DNA of 64,000 nucleotides from an uncultured Nitrososphaeraceae archaeon (lineage in GTDB: Archaea > Thermoproteota > Nitrososphaeria > Nitrososphaerales > Nitrososphaeraceae), in the NCBI GenBank assembly GCA_963779615.1, contig CAVZZA010000005.1, positions 800,001 through 864,000 of the forward strand. Reading direction: 5' to 3'. Made by a program: the position numbers and the translations under genes. The notes beneath the pieces were generated by a model. That model saw only the letters and a program-made list of their open reading frames with translations, ran no database searches and was not told the DNA's origin. Shown in pieces: positions 55,122-64,000 of the stretch (positions are counted from its first letter, which is position 1; each line of letters starts with the position of its first letter).

Positions 55122-56177
55122 GTGAGCAATGTTTTTTCTTTTTGCCTTTTTTTTATGCTTTTAATCACGTCATTTGCAAGCTATGCATTTACATTTAGCA
55201 ACGTTTTTGGGGATGGGTTATTTATGGAGGAGTTGGCCGGGTCCCTTGGAGACCGCCAGGCAAATTTGCTGATAAAGATGTCACCGCCGGTAGTAACCAC
55301 CGAACTGATCCGGAAGCAGGGTCAACAGCCAGTTATAGAGTTTAAGCTGTATGATTCAAAAACCAACCAGACATTCAAAGAAGTCACCTACTTTATCACG
55401 ATTGAGAAAAACGGGAAACAGTTGTTGGCCGATTGGTTTTACAATCCAAATGGGGACCTGTTGCTTCAAATGCAGCCAAGAAACACGAGCCATATTACTG
55501 TATCCGGAGAGCTTGACCCTATTCTGAATGCCTATACCAGCCAGGGTTCTGGACACGTGGTGGCCTCAGGTCCGATATTTTCTGAAGGCGGGCTGTACCA
55601 TTTTATTGTGAGAATTGTCACTGTCGATTTTTCCAGAACAATCTTGCCTGATGACAAGCAACCAGAGTTCAATGGCTGGCTTAGTGTCGGTGCCTACAAA
55701 GAAAAAGATGTTAACATAGGCGGCAAACCTGTTCCAATCAAGATACTCGGGTATTATGATAAAATAGGTAATATCACCTATGTACCCAAATCAAATGCGA
55801 TTTCGTTTGATATGCCGTTTAGCTATGACATGGATAGACTGAACGCTAAGGAAAACAACGTGTATATTCATCAGGAAATGTACATACCAAAACCAAGCGT
55901 TTTGTCTGCTACCGGTAGTTATACAGGACTTGTTAATGGGGTGGATGTAACTAACAACATGGTGGTGGATGGGTCCAACAAAACACAGGATGTGGCGCAT
56001 TTCATGCTAACAAAACCAGTAGTTTTGCAGATAGCCAGCAAGCACAATCAGACTTCATCGAACAATTCATCATCTTCAACCATGGACTTTACCCTCATGC
56101 CTTCCAAAAATGGCTCCAAGTCTACTGGGGCCCCCATGGACATGTCAAAAATGCTGATGCCACCACCTACTCAATAA
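55122..56177 (+). CDS. Secreted protein of thaumarchaeal type with a Met-rich C-terminus
   Basis: Signal ending VFG; GPIFSEGGLYH, YYDKI, FDMPF, IHQE..IPK, HF motifs; tail MDMSKMLMPPP. Confidence 0.7.
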   Translation: MSNVFSFCLFFMLLITSFASYAFTFSNVFGDGLFMEELAGSLGDRQANLLIKMSPPVVTTELIRKQGQQPVIEFKLYDSKTNQTFKEVTYFITIEKNGKQLLADWFYNPNGDLLLQMQPRNTSHITVSGELDPILNAYTSQGSGHVVASGPIFSEGGLYHFIVRIVTVDFSRTILPDDKQPEFNGWLSVGAYKEKDVNIGGKPVPIKILGYYDKIGNITYVPKSNAISFDMPFSYDMDRLNAKENNVYIHQEMYIPKPSVLSATGSYTGLVNGVDVTNNMVVDGSNKTQDVAHFMLTKPVVLQIASKHNQTSSNNSSSSTMDFTLMPSKNGSKSTGAPMDMSKMLMPPPTQ

Positions 56178-56499
56178 CTTTTATTTTTCAAGTACCGATT
56201 GACTATGCCTCCATTTTTTTTATGTTCTTTCTTTATGGAATGAGGTCAATACAGTTAGTGTTAACATGTTGGTTCTATGTCTCTTGTTTTGTCATCTGCT
56301 TTTTAATTTAATTTGGCAATTGCCCTATGCTGCAAATGGTATTGTATCTGCAAAGCAAATCATGGTCATAGCATGATGCGATTTGCTAAAAATTTAATAT
56401 GGACCTAATTGCCATTTGAAAAATGGAGCAAAGCACAACCTATTCAAATTCTAAAATGATGGAAAGACAGATTTTAAAAATATTCATCTCTTTTTTTTC

Positions 56500-57498
56500 C
56501 TAAATTATCCTCTTCTTGATGAGTATAACAAACACAACCAAAACTATCGGTATCGCTATTATGATTGCGTATACAGAGTAGACAATGGTCAATGTGTTTA
56601 TAAATCCCAATGATGAGGACTTTGCCGGTGTATTTTGCATGCTGCCAGATAGGTTGGGAGAAGTTGGATTGGGGTTATCGTATACTATTGTGCCATGCTG
56701 TGAAAAGGAACTTGGGTCCTGGTTGCTTTCCATCTTGATGGTTAGATTGCCAGGGGCGCCAAATGCATACTTTACCACACTGGAGCCCATCTGGGTAATC
56801 CCGGTTGTCCTGTAAATTTCCTTTCCGTTTTGAATCAAAACAAAATTATAGGGCCACAGATGCAGTTTAGTGTTTTTTGGCATCTCAAAAAAATCAATTA
56901 TGAAGTTAATTGGCTCGTTTGTCTTTATTGATGATGGACTCCAGGAGAGGCCTGTCTCAAACTTTTTGTCATTGGATAAAACATATGAGGGAAACTTGTC
57001 GATTCTGTTTCCGTTCTTGTCAACCGCATAAGGGGGTATGTTTGTGCTTTCGCCTTTGACATTAACGGTTCCCTCCATCCATGGGTGAATGGTGCAAAAG
57101 TAGTTGAATGTGCCTGGCCTGTCAAATTTAAAAGACCATGAATCGTTGGGCTTAAACAGCCCACTGTCAAACAGGCCATTGGGTTTTCCCTTTGAGTTTG
57201 TTGTTGCGCTGGCCAGGCCTCCACCCAAGCCGCTTGTCACTGTATGGGGTTCTGTGTCAGAGTTAATCCATTTTACGGTATCATTTACATTGATTGTGAT
57301 TTCTGCTGGCCTGTACCACTGCTTTAGTGTGAATTTTGTCATGTCCACTTCAGGGTTTGCTGACCCCTTGGGTATTGTTATGGTCTTTTCCTCGTTGGTC
57401 TGCGCAAAGATAACGGCTAATACACTTTCATTGCCAAGATAAAAAAATAATATGAATAATACTGTCATTGTAAAAATTATTAAATTTCCCATATTCAC
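56500..57498 (-). CDS. Membrane-anchored blue-copper (plastocyanin/azurin-like) protein
   Basis: V.WINSDTEPHTVTSG, FDSGL, YFCTIHPWMEG; C-terminal TM followed by KKR. Confidence 0.92.
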   Translation of the reverse strand: MNMGNLIIFTMTVLFILFFYLGNESVLAVIFAQTNEEKTITIPKGSANPEVDMTKFTLKQWYRPAEITINVNDTVKWINSDTEPHTVTSGLGGGLASATTNSKGKPNGLFDSGLFKPNDSWSFKFDRPGTFNYFCTIHPWMEGTVNVKGESTNIPPYAVDKNGNRIDKFPSYVLSNDKKFETGLSWSPSSIKTNEPINFIIDFFEMPKNTKLHLWPYNFVLIQNGKEIYRTTGITQMGSSVVKYAFGAPGNLTIKMESNQDPSSFSQHGTIVYDNPNPTSPNLSGSMQNTPAKSSSLGFINTLTIVYSVYAIIIAIPIVLVVFVILIKKRII

Positions 57499-57785
57499 TT
57501 GATTTGTTATGTACTATTAAAGTCATTTAACACTGCAGGTCTAAATGTTAAGGGCCTATTCCAAAACTGTCTTTCTTTAGGTTATGATGTTACACAGTAG
57601 CTGCACCAAATCAAGGTAGATCTCTTTCCTGTCATGTCTTGTGAACAGCTTTCTGAATCTTTGGTGCTGTGCTGTGATTTTGTTCTCGTCACTAATCATC
57701 TTCTTGAAGGGGTGTCACCTTTGTTGACACATGTTATCTGTTCCCGCCTAACTTTCATCAAACTTTTGGCATAAATGATCTAAAA

Positions 57786-58074
57786 CTAATGTTTGAATCC
57801 TGCCAAGTTATTCAGAATGTAATTTGCCATTGTGTAGGATAACCCTCCGGCGCCAAAACCCAGTATGACCGGTGGGATGGATTGGGCCGTGCTAAAGGCC
57901 TCCTCCATCAGTGAAAAAGCCAAAGCTGCAACTAACACCCCACTGCCAAAAGCCATTATGGTGGCAATAACTGATTTGGGTAGCCTTACAAACAACCCCA
58001 AAAGAGCCTAATAGAAGTGGAACACTGGCAACAAAACCCGCCATCAAAGCATGTAATACGGTGTTTGTTGCCAA
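57786..58074 (-). pseudogene. N-terminal fragment of a ZIP-family metal transporter, frameshifted and truncated
   Basis: IMAFGSGVLVAALAFSLMEEAF motif; two frames; only about 95 aa. Confidence 0.7.
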
Positions 58075-58344
58075 GCCATTTGTCTTTCCATTGTTATTTT
58101 ATTATATTTGTTATGAGGTAATCATAATCAATAGGTCCTCTTGTATATTGCTAAAAATTTCATTAAAGCATATGGTGGAGGGATATGGAGTAAAAAAATA
58201 ACAACGATGGAAAGGTGCCACCTTTTCAGTTAGTCCTGCCTTTAAGTTAGATCATGTTAAGGAATTCAATTTCAGAAAGATTTGGAAACAATCTGGATGA
58301 GTCTTGGAAAATCGCTTATAATCAGTAACGAATGTATCTATCTT

Positions 58345-58997
58345 GTGAAAGGTCTTGATAAAACAAATAGTAAAAAAACCAATGGCAAAAGAATTGCTGT
58401 TGCCTTCTCCATAATAGTTGGAATTGGTATAACAACAGTGCTTTATTATCTTGTGTCACCATTGTTTATCTCAACCGAGATAAATGAGCCACTTCCTTCT
58501 GGCGCATTTTCCCCATCCTACCAGGAGTTTGGGGAAATGACGGAAGGACAAAGGATTCATGCAGCAAATAACATGAGCAGTCATGACAAAAGTCAAATGC
58601 TGATTCAGTATGCAAATGTTGGCAATAGTAGCAGAATGGATGAGAGCATTGATAATAACAACAACCCTGTCCAAGCAAGCGGTAGGGGTGGTTCCTTTGT
58701 GGGTGTTGATGATGGAATACACAATGCAGAAGGCATTGCCAAATAATTTCTATAGATGACAGCCGCAGCATCTTGAGGTTAGAGGGCTTAAAGGCTACAA
58801 ATGGTCCTGACCTTTATGTGTATTTAGCAACAGACAAGAGTGCATCAGACACTGTTAACCTTGGGCGACTAAAAGCCAATAACGGTAATCAGAACTACGA
58901 TATACCTTTGGGAACGGATTTATCAAAACATGATACCGTCCTGATATGGTGTAAAGCATTTTCGGTCCTGTTTGGCAGTGCGGAATTAAAGACATAG
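58345..58997 (+). pseudogene. DM13-domain membrane-anchored protein with a 1-nt deletion near 58743
   Basis: SPLFISTEINEPLP, GSFVG..IHNAEG.AK(I)...LRLE.....NGPDLYVYL..LGRLKANNGNQNY...VLIWCKAFSVLFG. Confidence 0.88.
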
Positions 58998-59472
58998 AAC
59001 CATTTCCTTTATTGGTTCTGTTGACTTATTTAGGATAACGACTTTCTAGGACAGGAGACCAGAAGGAAATAAAGGATTTTGTCTTCTGCAATATGTTTGC
59101 CCAAGAATGGATACACTTTGACAATACACAAGATAGTCAAGCAAGAAGACGGATAAGCGAATAATGTCAGGCACTTAAAAGCAAGATTCAATAGAGATGA
59201 CTAACGGGATGACTCAAAACGCATTTTGGAATTTTGTTGACTGATGGTTATTTGAAATTGTTCCTTTTTTTCCATGCCTAACTCTGGATGCAAATCATCA
59301 TCTTTTTTACGTCGCTCTCCTGATCTCAAGCCTTGTGACCATCTTGCACACCTGCTCTGCAAACTCGTTCCCATTTTCGAATACCTTAAGCTCATTATCC
59401 ATCTCCCCGATATGTTGGTTGGTATACACTTGTATTGTAAATAACTAAATGTAGAAGCAGAAAATTAGTAAT

Positions 59473-60453
59473 ATGCCAATGAGAATAACCTATCACTATG
59501 TTTTAATAATAATAATAATGGTATCCGGATTTGCAGGCACAAGCAATGCTTTGGCGCAGGAAGATGCTGTTGAGATAGAAGACAAACCCATCCCTTTTGA
59601 TTCAGCTTTAACACAAACACAATCAACGTTTATTCATTCATGGTGGTTTGATGGCCTTTTGGTATCATCTGTAGCCATTGCTGGTTCCTTTGTTGTGTAT
59701 TTTATCATCAATTACTTTCTTAAAAGGACCGCAGCGACCCTACGCTTGGATAAGGGAGACCTTAAGGGTATCCGCTCCATCATAAAAATGATAATAATTG
59801 TCATAACCTTGATAATAATCCTTTTTCAGTTTTCATCAATCAACCCTGCCACCGCAGGGGCAATAAGTGTAATTGTGGGAACCGTTATAGGATTTTCATC
59901 CAGGAATACCATCAGCAATGCAATTGCAGGCATAATTCTACTGTCAGCAAGACCATTTAAGATAGGCGACAGAATCAGCACCACACAGGATGATAGTCTG
60001 TTGGGAGATGTTGTCGAAATCTCACTCATATACACAAAGATAAAAACAGTCAGAAATGAACTCGTTACCATCCCTAACCAGTCATTGCTGCAAAATCGAT
60101 TGGTGAATTACAGCGGCTTTGAGCATTTGGCAGTATCCATTGAAGTCAGCATACTTTATGGAAGTGACAAAGACAGGATAAAATCGTTGCTTGTGGAAGC
60201 TGCCTCCAACACAGTTGGCATACTCTCTGACAACCCCAAACCTTATGTCACCTTGAAAAGATTCGATAGTTTTGCAGCGGTATTTGAGTTGCGGGCCTAC
60301 ACAAAAAAATCCAATGAATTCCTGAGGATACAGTCAGACATTCGGGAAAGGGTGTTTGAATCATTTCAAAAGTCTGGGTTGGATTTGACAATACCCCAAG
60401 CCCAAATCAATTTTGATAGCACAAATGACCATAAAAAGACGGAAGACAAGTGA
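59473..60453 (+). CDS. Small-conductance mechanosensitive channel (MscS family)
   Basis: IGFSSRNTISNAIAGII, RPFKIGDRI, G.V.EI...T, IPN, IPQ. Confidence 0.92.
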   Translation: MPMRITYHYVLIIIIMVSGFAGTSNALAQEDAVEIEDKPIPFDSALTQTQSTFIHSWWFDGLLVSSVAIAGSFVVYFIINYFLKRTAATLRLDKGDLKGIRSIIKMIIIVITLIIILFQFSSINPATAGAISVIVGTVIGFSSRNTISNAIAGIILLSARPFKIGDRISTTQDDSLLGDVVEISLIYTKIKTVRNELVTIPNQSLLQNRLVNYSGFEHLAVSIEVSILYGSDKDRIKSLLVEAASNTVGILSDNPKPYVTLKRFDSFAAVFELRAYTKKSNEFLRIQSDIRERVFESFQKSGLDLTIPQAQINFDSTNDHKKTEDK

Positions 60454-60994
60454 GGGGATATAAATTAAATTTATTACGGCTTACCAATAGCGTTACTAAA
60501 TTGGGATACGTAATTGGCAAGATTTTTTGTTTCCGATCAGGATTTCTACTAGTAGTTTATATACATTTATATTTATTTCTTCAACTAGCATTGATTCATT
60601 TACTATTTATTTATTGTTGATGCAGTAGTATCATTGTTGTTGTGTGGTTTATTGTTTGAAATTAATAAGGGAATTAAACTTTGAGTTTTCTTTAAATGTT
60701 ATTGTGGTCTTAACATCTGGATTGGAGAGATGTTTATTCTCATCGGCAATAACAATAGTGTTACTACATGTAATAATAATACTAATTTAAAACACGGCTT
60801 TCAAAGTTTACATCAATCGATTCCGAATCAATTCAAAAAAAACAAGCAATGTACAAAATAAAGATCTGAAACATCTTTTATCATCATTTTTTTTAAAATC
60901 TGTTATTCAGTTAACAAAAACAGTTAATCAAAATTAAAGCCATATGTGTCCTCACATTTACCAATTATTCATTCTTTAATAATGCTTACTATCT

Positions 60995-61375
60995 TTACCA
61001 ATTAAACCTTCTAAGGGTTTGATTGATTGCAATTCTTACAGAGAGAACAGCAACAAAGAAAATAAAATTATTGGTGCTTTGTGACACATGATGATCAGCA
61101 TTTGTGGTGACTAATGCAAAGATGCCCATTTTTAAAACGGCATTAGCGGATTCTAGCTCCAATGCCAAAAGCAGACCTTTGATAAAATTCTTTATGATGA
61201 TGTTGTTGCCTTTTGTTTTTTTGCCTGCTTTTATTGTTAATCTTAATGCGGGCAATACTGTTTGAAGAGCAGAGACACCAATCACTACTACCACCAATAA
61301 ATCAATGGTTTTTGTTATTATGTACATGGTGTATTGAGCGTCAAAAAGATCAGCAAAAAGCAGTATAATACTCAC
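60995..61375 (-). CDS. DUF1622-like membrane protein (divergent)
   Basis: GLLLALELESANAVLK...VLSVRIAI resembles the neighbouring DUF1622 gene. Confidence 0.65.
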   Translation of the reverse strand: MSIILLFADLFDAQYTMYIITKTIDLLVVVVIGVSALQTVLPALRLTIKAGKKTKGNNIIIKNFIKGLLLALELESANAVLKMGIFALVTTNADHHVSQSTNNFIFFVAVLSVRIAINQTLRRFNW

Positions 61376-61427
61376 AGTTTGCTACTCCTTTATCTTATTC
61401 AGTATATGCGGATATATGGATGGTATT

Positions 61428-61868
61428 TCAAGGTTGGTTTTGACCACCCATTGATGCCCTGCCCGCGTCCTTCAGGTCATCATTATGCCTATCAATTTCC
61501 TTTGACAGAGACCAGCTTAACACTATTCTTATGCTCACTATGACTGCGAGTATTGCCAATTCATTAAATGACGGCACTAGAATTGTTTTCAATATGTCAC
61601 TTCCAACCTCAAAGTCCAGTGCAAGAAGCATGCCTCTTGCCAAACGCAACCTTATGGTTTCCTTGGCTTGTGTTTGCTCTTTGGTTGACTTGGTTAATAT
61701 CCTCAAGAATGAAACTAGTCCAACAAGTGCAGAAATCCCGATGATTAAGCCTGCTGCAACATCTATTCCAAAAGTAATGATATTAACAAATGGCCCAAGG
61801 ATGGACTCTAAATATTGTCCAAAAATTACCAGCTCTTCTTGAAATCCGGAAGTTGCTTCTACAGTCAT
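61428..61868 (-). CDS. DUF1622 family membrane protein
   Basis: IRLRLARGMLLALDFEVGSDILKTI..P...LA.IV.IRIVLSWSLSKEI. Confidence 0.88.
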   Translation of the reverse strand: MTVEATSGFQEELVIFGQYLESILGPFVNIITFGIDVAAGLIIGISALVGLVSFLRILTKSTKEQTQAKETIRLRLARGMLLALDFEVGSDILKTILVPSFNELAILAVIVSIRIVLSWSLSKEIDRHNDDLKDAGRASMGGQNQP

Positions 61869-62222
61869 TCTTTTATTTCAGATTTCCTAATACATTTATG
61901 CTTTCTTACGCCGGTTTGCAGAAATAGGGTTTTGTACTTCCAGAAGTGTGATTAATGAACCCAAGTAATAAAGATCATCTTGTGAAAAACAGCATAGAAA
62001 AAACAGGCAACAAACACAATGCCTTGTAAAACAGTTATCTCTTTCTTTTTACAACATCATGTAAAAGATAAAATGTGTATTAATGTAAAAATTTTCACGT
62101 TTACACCAAACCTGATTGAATTATCGTTGTAACGAATAGATAATCAATATCAAAGTTTTAACCTATTGATTCAAATCAATTCAAATTAAATAGTCAAGGA
62201 ATATAACATAACTTGATCGTCA

Positions 62223-63840
62223 TTAAATCTCTTGGTTCTCTTTTGTATTTGTGTCACTTTTGTTTAAACCGAGTAAAACAGATACCATATGGATGTCAAA
62301 AAAGTCAGATAAATGAGGATAGTTGTTGTATAGGTATGTTTTAAAATCCATGATAAGGGTCAAAGTCTCGGCTTGAAACTGCCTTCTGAATGATTCTATT
62401 GGAATCATGACCTGATTGGCACACCATTTGGTCATGTGTTTAAATTCACTAACTTTGTCAGATTCAAGAAGAATTTTGCTTGACGATATAAATTCTTTGA
62501 CAAAATGCTTTGTTACTGTAATCTGTTGTGATTTTGGTGTTTCACTCTCAAGGATTAGCGATAACTCTGAAAGAATACAATCACCAAACTTTTCTTCTTT
62601 AGGATGAATTATCACCAAAGTTGGGGCGGCAGCATCATAATTTGATGCTTTACCATCTAGATTAGTTTGTATTGTAAACGGCATACCTAAAAATTCTTTA
62701 GATTTTGAAACATACCTGAAAATACTAAACAGACCGGTAATGCATGATTTAACCACATCTGTATCAGACGAATTTAGCGATTTTACTGCAAGGCTTCTTA
62801 GTAGCTCTATTCCATATGTGGGGTCCTTGGAAATATCTCGATCTTTACTTATATCAATATATGAAAAAATCCTTTGCTTGTATGATTCATCAGGATTGGA
62901 TTTATTGTGGTATTTGACATAGTTATTACCATCATCAGCACCAAGTTTCTCGTTTTTTATACATCCATCTTTATCATCTGCATAAATTGTGGCAATCAAT
63001 TCATCTTTTTCAACCCAATCACCAAGTGATTTGTACCACTCCATCCAAAGAATATCCTTTTTATGCATCTTTGAGAAACTTTGCAAGGTATGATATATTT
63101 TCTCTGAGTCTATAGACCTGCAAATTCCTTTTTTTTCTGATCTTATCTCAAGCAACAACATAGTTTCAGGCTGTTTTCCATGGATAAAGAATTGGCCATC
63201 ATATTCCTTTCGGTTTTCAAAATGCCTTATAGAACGAATTATTTGTTCAAGAATTCTTGAGACAAGGGCATTAGGCTTAAGGTATGAGCTAAGATTGTTT
63301 AAAAAAACTACAAAGATGAATAACGATATTATGGCAAGGAATACCGCCACGTTGACTCCAATTATAGGCGTAAATGTGATATCTCCCAAATCATTGCCAT
63401 CACCAGTTCTGACTGTCTTGAGTACTAATAAAGAGTAACAAAACGACAGAAATAAACCACGCTAATGTCAGCTGATTCAATTTGTCGTCTTCAAATCTGT
63501 TTACTATGTGTGATGTATATTTTGTGGATGACAGTTGCAATGTAATAAGTGTGACTGAAAAGGTAACTCCCAGAATTGTAGCCCATCCTCCAGCAATAGC
63601 AGAGAGTATGCTTCTAGAGGCATCAGCACTCCCTGTAAATATTAATGAATCAAGGTATGGAAAATTAAAGTTAGATTGTCCATGAAATGTCTCATCAAGC
63701 CGTGATGTAATCAGAAATAAGAATAAAGAGCCCATGGAAAACAATATAGGATAATAGAGAAGAGACTGCTCGAATAGCATCAATTTGCTTAATAATACGC
63801 CTTTGAGTAAAAAAACAGGACCACCCTGCACAACATTCAA
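62223..63840 (-). pseudogene. DUF2254 family membrane protein, frameshifted in a T-run at 63440-63443
   Basis: ASRSILSAIAG..TFSVTLITLQLSSTKYT..F..D; frame restored as CYSLLVLKTVR; later DPTYGIELL..LA.KSL...D. Confidence 0.82.
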
Positions 63841-64000
63841 AAAATATAGTGTATTTATAAGGTTATATCCGGAAAACTTACCACATTAACAAAATGACCA
63901 TTATTTTGAGAATCGGGCAAACAAATAAAAATAGTTCAAAAAACATAACCTAAAGTATTAGGTTTAGCAGTGGTCCGTTTTGTAAAAATGTCAAATTAGG

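Noticed and set aside
59201-59395. 64-aa ORF upstream of mscS
   Set aside because: No recognisable motif and competing short frames; probably non-coding or decayed.

Overview
AT-rich archaeal sequence whose gene families, low coding density and TATA-box promoters point to a soil ammonia-oxidising archaeon (Nitrososphaeraceae, Nitrosocosmicus-like; this is an inference). It is an accessory region with no core informational genes, rRNA, intact tRNA or CRISPR array. It holds many secreted or surface proteins: two PQQ/sGDH beta-propellers (one fused to a cupredoxin), Kelch and NHL propellers, RTX Ca-binding proteins next to an ABC/COG1361 module, a cupredoxin, DM13, PepSY and a large His/Asp/Asn plus Thr/Ala repeat protein. 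It also holds small-molecule enzymes (Zn-ADH, MBL hydrolase, Rieske fusion, alpha/beta hydrolases, FAD monooxygenase, SDR, methyltransferase, patatin) and stress/ion genes (Hsp20, USP, CPA2, ArsB/NhaD, MscS). Mobile DNA includes one IS5-family element with clear IRs and an 8-bp TSD, two IS6-like relics and several tRNA-3'-like fragments. More than 15 genes are broken by 1-2 nt indels or stops, which may be sequencing error, real decay or both. Best leads: the sGDH-cupredoxin fusion, the secreted (GKDHDNGNNDDNDN)n protein, the Rieske-His-helical fusion, the RTX-ABC-COG1361 cluster and a perfect palindrome on the hsp20 promoter.
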